In this document: piece after piece, positions 21,369 through 30,360 of the stretch
How the letters are laid out: each line of letters begins with the position of its first letter
Numbering within the stretch: the stretch's first letter is position 1
Source of the DNA: a virus
Reading direction: 5' to 3' (one strand)
IMG/VR virus record: IMGVR_UViG_3300029324_000094
Location: 1-64,000 of that record
DNA length: 64,000 nucleotides
Position numbers and translations under genes: made by a program
Notes under the pieces: generated by a model
Database searches by the model: none
What the model was told of the DNA's origin: nothing
What the model saw: the letters and a program-made list of their open reading frames with translations, nothing else

Positions 21369-24080
21369 TTAAATTGGACTTTGTATAATTTGTGCCGCCC
21401 TAACGAAACCAGTTGTAACAAATAATGCAAAACTCGCCAATCCGTCCGGCACATCATCGTGTGGATTCTTCCCACGCACTGAATAACTCAACAGAAATCC
21501 CATCATTCTTCCGTAATCATCTTTCGGTTTATAATGTTCACGATCCCTAAAGAGGACGTGCTTCTTTACCCAATCTGCATTGACAATAATCTTTGTTTCC
21601 TTATTAGATTCCGTGTACTTTGTGGTTATGTTGCAGGCACCGCCTTTTTGCTCAACAAGCTTACTTACTTCAAGTGCTACACGGTCCCCACCATTGTTTG
21701 ACTCGAACTGACACTGTTGCATTTTAGTATTAACTATCAAATCCGATGTCCGCTCATACTGGATTCCGTAATTGGAATTATCATCACAAACACAGTCTGT
21801 AAGATAAAAGTCGTTTCCGTACTGCAACATACAAGGCAAAAACAAATAGTCAGTACCTTTATTTTTCGTATCGCAGATGCCCCATACAGCGTCAGGCTCA
21901 GTAACCGGCAACGTAATGAATCTCCGCAATTCTTCATCTGTATACAGGAGTCCTTCACGTTCGATAGGTTCATTCTTATACAGACACTTGTAGGTGATCT
22001 CATCCATTGTGAGTTCCTGGTCATGGAAAAACTCAACGCTGAAACCATTGTACTTGTAATCGAAATTCGACTCCCCAGTGATAGGGTCTATGTCCGGTAT
22101 GGCAATAAATCTTGCCCTGTCATTTCCATCGTAAATATCAATTAGTCGCCCAATGACATCATGCACGGACCATCTCGTAGCAATATGGATTTCTTTGCAG
22201 CCATCCATTTTTCTCTGTTTGGCGTCAGTACCGTAGATTCTCCAAAGCTTGTCCAGAATATTTTTATTCAATGCTTCTTCGATACCACCAATCAAATCAT
22301 CACAATACAGATATCTATTTGCACGGACTTTACCGGCATTCTTACTTCCAACAGATGTACACTGGATATTTGAGAACGGTTTGTATTTATTGAAATTTAT
22401 GGTTTCTCTCTTGGCATTTGTGCTATGAAATTTCACGTCTGGGAAAATCTCTTGCCAGCAATATTCATCTGAGTTCGTTGTAATATCCATAACCCCGTCA
22501 TAGAACATTCTGGTAATATCTCCACTGTGTGAGAAAAACAAACTGAAATCATCCGGGTGTCTTCCGATTATCCATGAACAGAAAAACTTTTCAAGAGTGG
22601 TGTTATGCGTAATGATATAATCATCTGTAATATATAAATGACTTTCATCATCAATGTAAATGCATTGGCACTCTTCTTCACCGATGTATTCTATCTCTGA
22701 TATGAATCTCTTCATAACTTTTCTTTTTGGAGTATATTTTTCAGCTTTTCTTGTCAGAGAAAATATACTATCCATGCCAGAGGTAAATTGTATGATAATC
22801 TCAAAATAATCATTGCATTGTTTATACTTACCATTTTTCTTATATCCGGCTTTACGTTTGTTTTTACTTGCATAACCTCCAAGAGAATGAACAAGTTCGC
22901 ATACATCATTTGCAAGATGTTCTGAAATTGTAGCGTATGTACAATAATATTTTGAAGCAGATCCGTCTGTATCCATAAGACCTCTCAAAAGCCACAATCT
23001 CTGCTCATAACTTCCATATAGATAATCTTTCGGTATGAATTTATCTATACTCTTCTTTCCGAATAATCCGAGCCTATCAAGTTCTTTTCTGACTAAGCTT
23101 CCAACTTTTGCATTATCGCCTTCATGTCCACTAACAAAATATGTACATCTCTCTTTATATTTCAAGCTATATCCATCAGGTAAAAAACTGTCAAATCTAT
23201 CCAACAATTCTTTGTCTACAGAGCTTAGCAAAACACTACCACCAGTTAATCCGCCATCTCCGATAAGTGCACCGACAACATACGGGTGCAGGGAAAATTC
23301 TTTTTTCTCAAAACAATCGATCTTAGGAACATAATCTATTGAATAATTTTTTCTCTTTCCATTCTCCAACTTGTAATTTTTAAGCATTTCAGACAGCTCT
23401 ACTGTCCTGTATTTTTCGCTACCATCTTTATTCTTTCGTCTGCGATCATCTCTTGTTTGTACCGTCCATAAGTGATTATCCGAACATCTCGTCTTGGAAC
23501 CATCATCGAAGGTCACCTCATACATCTTTCGCTTCTTTCTTGGTGAGATACTAAGCACGGTTGCTACTTTTCCTGTTCCAGAAATTACCTTTGTACCTAC
23601 TTTGACGTCCCCCATTTGTATAAATCCATTTGGCGTCAATATCTTTGAATATAAAGGTTGACACTTCTGCGTTCCCGGTGGCATGGAAATTGAAAGGATG
23701 TCAAGTTTGTCATCCTCAAGATCCTGCATTGCCTGAATCAATCCATGCTTATTCAGTTGTTTCCTTTTCGGGGAGTAGAAGCGATCCTGTTCTAATCGTT
23801 TTCGCTCAAGATAAAGTAGATAGCTGTCAAACAAATGAGGTGCCTCAAACTTTAAAGCTTGCCAGTACAAGGTTTCAAACCGCACATCCTGATTCTTTAT
23901 CAGTAATCTCTGAGCCGATAACTTAACCGCCTTTGAGAGTTTCAGGCAGTATTGCAGATAGTCATGATTATCCTCATACATATTCAGGCACAACTGCATA
24001 ATATTATCCCATGTACTATATTTATTTGTATCCTGCATTTTCAATGCGTTTGCTAATCTCTTATACTCTCTAAACTCCAT
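21369..24080 (-). CDS. terL: Terminase large subunit interrupted by an intein
   Basis: Likely start MEFREYKRL behind a GGGAGA RBS; the ORF-table start at 24125 has no good RBS. ATPase P-loop PPGTQK|..|TTLEKFF is split by a 354-aa Cys1...HN/T intein. C-terminal nuclease domain contains HDDVPD. Confidence 0.85.
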   Translation of the reverse strand: MEFREYKRLANALKMQDTNKYSTWDNIMQLCLNMYEDNHDYLQYCLKLSKAVKLSAQRLLIKNQDVRFETLYWQALKFEAPHLFDSYLLYLERKRLEQDRFYSPKRKQLNKHGLIQAMQDLEDDKLDILSISMPPGTQKCQPLYSKILTPNGFIQMGDVKVGTKVISGTGKVATVLSISPRKKRKMYEVTFDDGSKTRCSDNHLWTVQTRDDRRRKNKDGSEKYRTVELSEMLKNYKLENGKRKNYSIDYVPKIDCFEKKEFSLHPYVVGALIGDGGLTGGSVLLSSVDKELLDRFDSFLPDGYSLKYKERCTYFVSGHEGDNAKVGSLVRKELDRLGLFGKKSIDKFIPKDYLYGSYEQRLWLLRGLMDTDGSASKYYCTYATISEHLANDVCELVHSLGGYASKNKRKAGYKKNGKYKQCNDYFEIIIQFTSGMDSIFSLTRKAEKYTPKRKVMKRFISEIEYIGEEECQCIYIDDESHLYITDDYIITHNTTLEKFFCSWIIGRHPDDFSLFFSHSGDITRMFYDGVMDITTNSDEYCWQEIFPDVKFHSTNAKRETINFNKYKPFSNIQCTSVGSKNAGKVRANRYLYCDDLIGGIEEALNKNILDKLWRIYGTDAKQRKMDGCKEIHIATRWSVHDVIGRLIDIYDGNDRARFIAIPDIDPITGESNFDYKYNGFSVEFFHDQELTMDEITYKCLYKNEPIEREGLLYTDEELRRFITLPVTEPDAVWGICDTKNKGTDYLFLPCMLQYGNDFYLTDCVCDDNSNYGIQYERTSDLIVNTKMQQCQFESNNGGDRVALEVSKLVEQKGGACNITTKYTESNKETKIIVNADWVKKHVLFRDREHYKPKDDYGRMMGFLLSYSVRGKNPHDDVPDGLASFALFVTTGFVRAAQIIQSPI
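22602..23663 (-). other. Intein with LAGLIDADG homing-endonuclease domain inside terL
   Basis: Starts CQPLYSKILTPNG (block A) and ends YIITHN followed by +1 Thr. Carries LAGLIDADG-like motifs ALIGDGGL and LLRGLMDTDGS. Confidence 0.8.
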
Positions 24081-24143
24081 GTTTCTCCCTAAATCAAAAA
24101 AGAGCCAATATCTGCAATTTCTCACAAATATCAGCTCTGGCTC

Positions 24144-24305
24144 TTAGGCTCTGGCACTAATTATCTTTCCATCCTTAATCACTGGATAATACGCTTTCTT
24201 ACAGTGCTTACACCAAATCGGCGTATTCTCAATATTGGAATGTTTCTCTATCCGCTGTCCAGTCTTATGACCAGCCGGACAGTAATACCAACCATTAACG
24301 ATCAT
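24144..24305 (-). CDS. Small zinc-ribbon protein
   Basis: MIVNGWYYCPAGH...CKHCKK; a CPxG...CxxC ribbon. Confidence 0.35.
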   Translation of the reverse strand: MIVNGWYYCPAGHKTGQRIEKHSNIENTPIWCKHCKKAYYPVIKDGKIISARA

Positions 24306-24306
24306 G

Positions 24307-24591
24307 TTATTCCGCTGTATGACAAGTGTTTGTAATCTTTCCATACACATCTTCATACAGCTCCTGTTTGTCCCCGTTATATGTGTACTCAGCATAAATA
24401 CCATCTCCACTGATATCGGTTGAAGCAAGGCACTTATAGTTCTGCAAGGTTTTACACGACCAAACGATAAATACATTGCTTAAATCAATCGGTGGCGTCT
24501 GTGGAGTATCTGCCTGTCCATTATTGTTATACCATTCAACAAGTTTCTTCTTACATACACTCTGAAAGTGGTCCATTCCTGTGATAATCAT
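24307..24591 (-). CDS. Hypothetical phage protein
   Basis: 94 aa ORF. Confidence 0.35.
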   Translation of the reverse strand: MIITGMDHFQSVCKKKLVEWYNNNGQADTPQTPPIDLSNVFIVWSCKTLQNYKCLASTDISGDGIYAEYTYNGDKQELYEDVYGKITNTCHTAE

Positions 24592-24593
24592 GA

Positions 24594-24950
24594 TTAAGCC
24601 TCCTCATAAATAATATCCAAACCATAAGCAACCGCAGCATCATGTTCTATCCGGCATCCTCTTGCATTCTCCCAGCCTTTACAGAAGTACGCTGCATGGC
24701 ACAGAGACATATTCTCTAAGGACTTAGCAAGGAAACATAATGGAATCTGAACTACTCCACGTTTTTCCATTGCATCGGCACTGTACCATTCATCTGTAAA
24801 AAGAGTATTCACAACTTCATATCCTTTTTCTTCAAGAACCTTAATTGCTTTCTCTCTTGTTGCTACGATTTCCTCATCAGTCTTTCCAGCCATTGGCTGA
24901 CTTAACATTGCTTTCTTCATGATTAATCCTCCTACTCTGCAAATACCCAA
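24594..24950 (-). CDS. DUF4406-like (nucleoside 2-deoxyribosyltransferase-like) protein
   Basis: MKKAMLSQPMAGKTDEEI... N-terminus typical of DUF4406. Confidence 0.5.
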   Translation of the reverse strand: MGICRVGGLIMKKAMLSQPMAGKTDEEIVATREKAIKVLEEKGYEVVNTLFTDEWYSADAMEKRGVVQIPLCFLAKSLENMSLCHAAYFCKGWENARGCRIEHDAAVAYGLDIIYEEA

Positions 24951-25435
24951 TCTTCTGCAAGCATATCTGTCTGTGTCGGCACATACTGCTCACATTTTGT
25001 GTAATAAGAATCTTTTTCAGATTCACAGGCTTTTATGATAGAGTATTCTTTGCTATCAAATCTGTCTTCCCTTTTGCCATCAAGACAGGCTCCGAAAGTG
25101 GCTCGTGCAAGTTGCAAGAATGTGTCTGACTCAAATGTTAATCGTCTTACACGCTTCTTGTTCTTCACCTGTTTCATAGCTTCATGGAATGAAAATGTAT
25201 TCATGCCACCAAGTGCTGGACAGTTCGTACCATTCGCAAAAATCCATTCATTGGAACAAATATTTGTAAATGTGTAATCCACACACTCGGTGCTTCGGAT
25301 ATCAATGTCCTTACCATCTTTCGTATGCATCAAAATTGACTGTGCCGGAATACACCAAAACCAATATCCAGACCATGACGGAAGTTTTACTTTTGCTCCA
25401 TGTTTCATTGCTTCAAATGCTTCTTTAAATGTCAT
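24932..25435 (-). CDS. DUF2829-like phage protein
   Basis: N-terminal MTFKEAFEAMKHGAKVKLPSW. Confidence 0.45.
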   Translation of the reverse strand: MTFKEAFEAMKHGAKVKLPSWSGYWFWCIPAQSILMHTKDGKDIDIRSTECVDYTFTNICSNEWIFANGTNCPALGGMNTFSFHEAMKQVKNKKRVRRLTFESDTFLQLARATFGACLDGKREDRFDSKEYSIIKACESEKDSYYTKCEQYVPTQTDMLAEDWVFAE

Positions 25436-25451
25436 CGTTCATTTCTCCTTT

Positions 25452-25856
25452 CTATAGTCCCTCCCATTCTGCTTTCCATTTCGCTACTCTATCTTTCATG
25501 ATTTTTCTCGCCTTTTCCATTGGCGTTCCTTTTGCAAATGTAGCAGTTATACGGATATATCTTTTCCCATTTTGATTAAACATTTTGATTTCATTTCTTT
25601 CGAACGAAATAAACGGGGATGCTATATGCACTTCATTCAACGTGCAATAATCAAACTCCGCAACATAGCATTCCATTACTTTTTTATTTGAATCGAATTG
25701 AATAGCATCAGTGTCGTACTCTTCTATCTCATACCTGTCATAGAAAATATCTTTATTTAATGTCGCACATATGCATTCTGCGCGATTTCGGTCTATTTCT
25801 ACAGCACGAATTCCATAATCAGAATATTCACCAGATGTGATCACATACACTTTCAT
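25452..25856 (-). CDS. Hypothetical protein
   Basis: True start MKVYVITSGEY. The longer ORF-table N-terminus (AERLAVNQDVAGSIPS) is a read-through of tRNA-Asn. Confidence 0.45.
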   Translation of the reverse strand: MKVYVITSGEYSDYGIRAVEIDRNRAECICATLNKDIFYDRYEIEEYDTDAIQFDSNKKVMECYVAEFDYCTLNEVHIASPFISFERNEIKMFNQNGKRYIRITATFAKGTPMEKARKIMKDRVAKWKAEWEGL

Positions 25857-25879
25857 TTCATCACGCTCCTTTTCTAAAA

Positions 25880-25951
25880 CTGGCATAGACGGAATCGAAC
25901 CAGCGACATCTTGGTTAACGGCCAAGCGTTCTGCCTCTGAACTATATGCCA
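25880..25951 (-). tRNA. tRNA-Asn (GTT), with C rather than U at position 33
   Basis: Cloverleaf folds with T-loop GGTTCGATTCC, a 7-bp acceptor stem, D-stem GTTC/GAAC and anticodon stem CTTGG/CCAAG with loop CCGTTAA. Confidence 0.6.
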
Positions 25952-26512
25952 ATAAAACATGATTAGAGTTTCCTCTTATTCACCACGGTAAAAGTCATAT
26001 TCTGCCACTGTGATGATAGGTCTGAGCTTCTGAGAGCGACTCTTGGCTTCCTACCACTGTCTAAGCACACATGGGATTGATACCCACAAATTTCACGGTT
26101 CTTTCAGAGAATTTAATGTTTTTCTTATCGCCTTTAAAACATTTTGTTCGAATTAAGAACTTGCCATACCGCTACTTTAACGAATTTCTTGTGTTATACT
26201 CTGATTTCTCGGATTCAAGGCAAATCAGCTTACTTGAGATTTCCGGTTAGTCCGTAGTCTCTCACACTACTCACATCACCGGATTATTCTTGCACCGCAA
26301 GCGTCTATTCTACGCTGACCACAAGGATTCTGCATTTAACTTCTCTATGATGATACACTGCAAAGCATTGTTGACGGTTTCCGTCTCCACCAATGAAATC
26401 ACTTCCACTGGAAAGAATCAGTTAATCCAGTATCCCGAATTAACCTATCTCGCTATCATTGCATCTCAGCAGGATTGAAAAATCCATCTGCACTGAGTTA
26501 ATCATGTTTGAA

Positions 26513-26584
26513 CAGACCGAATAGGGATCGAACCTATAATTGCGGTTTTGGAGACCGCTGTTTTGCCAATTAAACTATCGACCT
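26513..26584 (-). tRNA. tRNA-Trp (CCA)
   Basis: Anticodon stem GCGGT/ACCGC with loop CTCCAAA; T-arm ATAGG-TTCGATC-CCTAT; acceptor AGGTCGA/TCGGTCT. Confidence 0.6.
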
Positions 26585-26586
26585 AC

Positions 26587-26655
26587 AAGGTAATGGGGAA
26601 TCGAACCCCAACATACGGAGTCAAAGTCCGTTGCTCTACCGTTGAGCTATTACCC
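26587..26655 (-). tRNA. tRNA-Gln (TTG)
   Basis: Anticodon stem ACGGA/TCCGT with loop CTTTGAC; T-loop GGGGTTCGATTCCCC; acceptor GGGTAAT/ATTACCT. Confidence 0.6.
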
Positions 26656-26662
26656 GATAAAA

Positions 26663-26733
26663 TTACTGCATTCGGAATCGAACCGAAACCTATTAGCCAT
26701 TCGCTAATCATTCTGCCGCTTAAACTATACAGT
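26663..26733 (-). tRNA. Atypical tRNA-like gene: anticodon loop CGAATGG (G33, apparent anticodon AAU)
   Basis: Good acceptor stem (TACTGTA/TGCAGTA), T-arm (TTCGG-TTCGATT-CCGAA) and anticodon stem (ATTAG/CTAAT). The anticodon loop is non-canonical. Confidence 0.4.
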
Positions 26734-26791
26734 ACACTGGAAAATCACTATGAAAGAAAAAGGTCTCCAGGAAATTCCACTCCCCGGAGAA

Positions 26792-26865
26792 AGCTACCAC
26801 TCGGACTCGAACCGAAAACCTGTTGATTCGTAATCAACTGTTCTATCCATTTGAGCTATGGTAGC
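26792..26865 (-). tRNA. tRNA-Arg (ACG)
   Basis: Anticodon stem GTTGA/TCAAC with loop TTACGAA; acceptor GCTACCA/TGGTAGC. Confidence 0.6.
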
Positions 26866-26942
26866 ATATCGCGGTTTTTATATTTTGATTCAGGGTGGGG
26901 AGTCCGAAAAAATATTTATCTGAGAACCGCGAAGCTCAGAAA

Positions 26943-27016
26943 TAGCAGATGTCGGAGTCGAACCGACTATTTCAAGATCATGACTCTTGCGTGGTATTCC
27001 GTTCCACTCATCTGCA
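26943..27016 (-). tRNA. tRNA-Met or tRNA-Ile2 (CAT)
   Basis: Anticodon stem CAAGA/TCTTG with loop GTCATGA; T-arm GTCGG-TTCGACT-CCGAC; the 1:72 pair is a T.T mismatch. Confidence 0.55.
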
Positions 27017-27018
27017 AA

Positions 27019-27101
27019 CGCCGTATGAAGGATTCGAACCTCCAAGTCGTTTCCGACCGAATGGTTAGCAACCATCTCCAATACCATTATGGGAATACGG
27101 C
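27019..27101 (-). tRNA. tRNA-Ser (GCT), class II
   Basis: Anticodon loop TTGCTAA; long variable arm CGGTCGGAAACGACTT; T-arm GGAGG-TTCGAAT-CCTTC; acceptor GCCGTAT/ATACGGC. Confidence 0.6.
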
Positions 27102-27205
27102 TTATTTAGCGGTCTGCCAAACCGCCATAAATATAAAATTAAAAAAGAGTTACAGCCTATCACTGTCAGTATCTCCGCAAAGATACTGGGTTGAGTTTCA
27201 CCTCT

Positions 27206-27273
27206 AGGAATCGGAAGGACTCGAACCCTCGTTTCTGTCGCGATCAGTGTTCTACCAGTTGGACTACAATTCC
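27206..27273 (-). tRNA. Degenerate tRNA-like gene (3-bp anticodon stem, loop ATCGCGA, apparent anticodon CGC); possible tRNA pseudogene
   Basis: Acceptor GGAATTG/CGATTCC, D-arm GTCC..GAAC and T-arm GAGGG-TTCGAGT-CCTTC are intact. The anticodon arm is 4 nt short. Confidence 0.35.
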
Positions 27274-27423
27274 TTTAACCGCCATCTGACGGTTAGCAAC
27301 AATATTTATCGTGCCGTGCGTTGCACTATGCGGTTGTTTAAGGTTCGTATCGTCTTACCGCCAACCTACACGCCGCTCTTTTGTTCCTCAAGCAGTAGTT
27401 GGAGATTTTAGAGTCTTTACTGA

Positions 27424-28285
27424 CTATTTTCCATCAGTTACTACCGTGTCTGCACCTTGAACAGTTACCCATCCAAATTTGTTTCTTGCCTCAGCTTCTT
27501 TCATCCGAATCAGCTCATCCGTAATCGAAGCACTGATGATTTTATTTGACTCAGCTTCAGCCTGAGCTTTCGTAATCTGAATCTGTGCATCTGTTTCAGC
27601 CTGAATCTTCTCAGTCTCTTTCTGAACCTTGATTTTTTCCTGTTCAGCTTCTGCTTGTTGCTTTTCTTGTAATGCAGTCACGCGATTATCAATAGCTTCT
27701 TTCAGTTTCTTGTCTGGGTGAACATCAATGATTGATGCATCCAGAACTTCAATTCCGTACTTATCGGAAAATTCGCTATTCAGGTAATCAGTCAGCTCAG
27801 AATTGAGTTTTGATCTGTTTCCAGAGTAAATATCCATCATGGAATAATTCGTTGTAATCTCTGAAATTTTCGATTTCAGAACAGGCTTCACACGGCTTTC
27901 GATGATATCGTCACCGTCCATACCTTTGAACTTCTTGTATGTATCTACAAGCGTATCCGGGTTGTATCGATATGACATCTAAAAACTGATTGCAATACTT
28001 GCATCATCAGAAGTAGCAACCTTAAAAGAGTCATCTCCCTTGCTGCCCTCTCTCTTGTCTTTCGACATTACCAAGATTTCATTACTTGTTGAGAACTCTT
28101 TTACTTTTTTCATCGGACCTACAAAATTCAATCCCGGTGAAAGCGTTTCTTTCTGTACTCCATCCCTATACGTGTAGACTATACCAGTCTGTCCAGTCTT
28201 AATCAATTTGCACGAACTGACCGTGAACGCTGCACCGATAACAGCTGCAGCCACTACTACCGCGACTATTCCTTTTTTTCTTCAT
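27424..28285 (-). pseudogene. SPFH / band-7 (HflK/prohibitin-like) gene disrupted by an A7-tract frameshift near the start and an in-frame TAG at 27979-27981
   Basis: ATG at 28285 followed by an AAAAAAA run. The SPFH frame is reached only via a -1 shift, and the ORF table had to use a GTG start at 28254. The SPFH domain (GIVYTYRDGV...PGLNFVGP) continues in the same frame across TAG|ATG into ORF 27424..27978. Confidence 0.5.
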
Positions 28286-28428
28286 TCGTCCATTTTCCTC
28301 TCTTTAATTTCTTTTTCTGCTTTCGCATTATCTTTAAGGATTGAAAGTAAGATTTTATTTCCTACCCAAGCCAAAAGCATTCCAATAATCAAAAATACGG
28401 TTAAGGCACCTACAAATACTACAAACAT
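28282..28428 (-). CDS. Small membrane protein (48 aa) upstream of the SPFH gene
   Basis: MFVVFVGALTVFLIIGMLLAWVGNKILLSILKDNAKAEKEIKERKMDE; one TM segment; stop overlaps the SPFH ATG. Confidence 0.4.
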   Translation of the reverse strand: MFVVFVGALTVFLIIGMLLAWVGNKILLSILKDNAKAEKEIKERKMDE

Positions 28429-28429
28429 C

Positions 28430-28606
28430 TCAACTCACCGCCTGTGCTACAAAATATAATAAATTTCCAACAGATATTAACAACAATCCTACCGTGATTC
28501 CAATGTTAATTCCATCTCTACGAGCTTTCACCATGAAGTACAGCATAGAAGTAAACATTGCTGCCATTATCAAATTTGCAATCAAGAAAATTAAGTTGAT
28601 TATCAT
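28430..28606 (-). CDS. Small membrane protein (58 aa, two TM)
   Basis: MIINLIFLIANLIMAAMFTSMLYFMVKARRDGINIGITVGLLLISVGNLLYFVAQAVS. Confidence 0.4.
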   Translation of the reverse strand: MIINLIFLIANLIMAAMFTSMLYFMVKARRDGINIGITVGLLLISVGNLLYFVAQAVS

Positions 28607-28899
28607 TTCCGGTATCTCCTCCGCATTCGCAATCCGTGAAGTTTCCGCCAGTTATTTGAACCAATCGAGTAACATGGCAAAGTGTTTACATTAAATGTTC
28701 CAAACGTTCCATAGAAAACCGTAGATGCGTCCAATAAGTTGTCTATGTTTCTCATTTTCTGTTTTAGCATTGAAGTTGGTATTGTTGCCAATTCTTCGAT
28801 CAGATCATCACAGATTAGATCCGAATCCTGTTGGATGTAAAAATTCCCAACAGGAGGAAATCCACCACATACATATCTTCTCTTATCTTTCACACCCAT
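28603..28899 (-). CDS. Hypothetical protein
   Basis: 98 aa ORF. Confidence 0.3.
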   Translation of the reverse strand: MGVKDKRRYVCGGFPPVGNFYIQQDSDLICDDLIEELATIPTSMLKQKMRNIDNLLDASTVFYGTFGTFNVNTLPCYSIGSNNWRKLHGLRMRRRYRK

Positions 28900-28910
28900 C
28901 GCACATTCTC

Positions 28911-29231
28911 CTAAAGCGCATTCACGCTCTCAAAAGCTTTTATCATCTTCGGAAACTGAATGGCTATCCAGTCAATAATTGTCTCTTCGTGTCCGAACTG
29001 CTTGTAATGCTCAAAGTTTGCTTGCAATCCACTTTCAGCAAGGAAAGCGTGAATGATTTCATGCCGCAACTGCTTTCTCATCAACTCATCAAAATCACCA
29101 ACCTCATTGACGTTATCATCCCTGATTTTAATTTCTCTTGACGTATAATCGCAGTAGCCATCGATATCTTTATCTTTGAATGACTCCCTAATCACTCTAT
29201 ATTCGGTTCCAAGAATATTTACTGTTGTCAT
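28911..29231 (-). CDS. Small HExxH metallopeptidase-like protein
   Basis: 106 aa with LRHEIIHAFLAESG (HExxH plus a downstream E). Confidence 0.45.
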   Translation of the reverse strand: MTTVNILGTEYRVIRESFKDKDIDGYCDYTSREIKIRDDNVNEVGDFDELMRKQLRHEIIHAFLAESGLQANFEHYKQFGHEETIIDWIAIQFPKMIKAFESVNAL

Positions 29232-29254
29232 TTGCTATCCTTTCAAGACGTATC

Positions 29255-29488
29255 CTACAGGCATTTAATAATTAAACTGATAACCGTTACGATCACCATC
29301 ACGAATGTAACCATGACGGTAAATCCGAACAGGGTAAAGAGTATTTCCTCTCCCTTTTTGTATTCCTTTTTCACAGAAATTCTTAGCTGATCTGTAACGC
29401 CTAGCGTCCTAACATACATCCTTGACGTTATCAGAAGTGCAAAGCTGATGACGACTAATATCATCGTAATTTTAATTAACATATCCAT
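29255..29488 (-). CDS. Small two-TM membrane protein
   Basis: 77 aa, hydrophobic, behind a GGAGG RBS. Confidence 0.45.
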   Translation of the reverse strand: MDMLIKITMILVVISFALLITSRMYVRTLGVTDQLRISVKKEYKKGEEILFTLFGFTVMVTFVMVIVTVISLIIKCL

Positions 29489-29519
29489 CCTCCAAAAGAG
29501 CCTTTTTGTTTTTGGTCGT

Positions 29520-29645
29520 TATTTTTCGGGGTGAGGCTGTGCCGGGTGTACCATCCACTACAACCCCTGCCGGGGGATCTCCAGCAACAAGCAATGCTAA
29601 AATGCAAGCGGTGCATCAGCAACCCGAACATATGTATCTATACGA
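29520..29645 (-). other. GC-rich structured non-coding element in the 5' leader of the 77-aa membrane protein gene
   Basis: Local GC is well above the roughly 40% background. Nested inverted repeats (GGGGTG..CACCCC, CCCGGC..GCCGGG) and no ORF. Confidence 0.3.
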
Positions 29646-29754
29646 TAAATAACCATTTTCAGTATAGATTATGTACTATATTTTGTATGCTATTTTGAAC
29701 AAACACAATATATTGTTATTTAATTTTAGTTTAGCATTATGTGCTACACACTTG

Positions 29755-30360
29755 TTAAAATAAGTCAACCGGATCATCTGTATCCGCATCACCTAGAAGT
29801 GCTTTGGGATCTGCTCCGATGTCGGTAGCGATTTGTTCAATACTCTTTTTCGCTCCAGTAATCTGTTCATGCTCTACTGCTTTTGTCTCCGCCATTCCGT
29901 AAGCAGCTTTTGCAATGAATATTTTGTTCGCATCTGTCCCCTTGGAATTTCCCAAATTGTCGACCAAAAAACCTTTGCAAATATTCAACCATTTTTTGAC
30001 CGTGTCGGAGTGTTCAGCTGTCCGATATCTCCCATTAAGCCAAGTATTAAACGTTGTTCTGTCGATATCTACTAAAAAGCTAAATGCTTCCAACGTAGGA
30101 TTGACACTGTATTTACTGCATAGTCTTACATACACACTAAATATATTATCTAATGCTTTTATGTCTGCATTATCTGGCTTAGATATACGGTCTGAAATAT
30201 AAAATAACATATCCACAAAGTTGTCTTTTACGATCTTTTTACTTTCCTGATCCACATGCTCTAACTCTAATTCATTTTTGATATATTCATCAGCGTAATA
30301 ATTAATGTCATGTCTATATATCTCTATTCCAGCAGATGTAATATCTGTATTGTCTTTCAT
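29755..30360 (-). CDS. Hypothetical protein with internal HTH-like segment
   Basis: 201 aa; LEAFSFLVDIDRTTFNTWLNG is helix-turn-helix-like. A terminase small subunit role is possible but unsupported. Confidence 0.35.
   Translation of the reverse strand: MKDNTDITSAGIEIYRHDINYYADEYIKNELELEHVDQESKKIVKDNFVDMLFYISDRISKPDNADIKALDNIFSVYVRLCSKYSVNPTLEAFSFLVDIDRTTFNTWLNGRYRTAEHSDTVKKWLNICKGFLVDNLGNSKGTDANKIFIAKAAYGMAETKAVEHEQITGAKKSIEQIATDIGADPKALLGDADTDDPVDLF

Noticed and set aside
25857-25952. N-terminal extension of ORF 25452..25952 (MAYSSEAERLAVNQDVAGSIPS...)
   Set aside because: This peptide is the reverse translation of tRNA-Asn (the classic GSIPS/AERL artefact). The true start is MKVYV at 25856.
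26548-27207. Plus-strand ORFs 26548..26826 and 26851..27207
   Set aside because: They lie across the minus-strand tRNA genes with no RBS and represent tRNA-sequence read-through.
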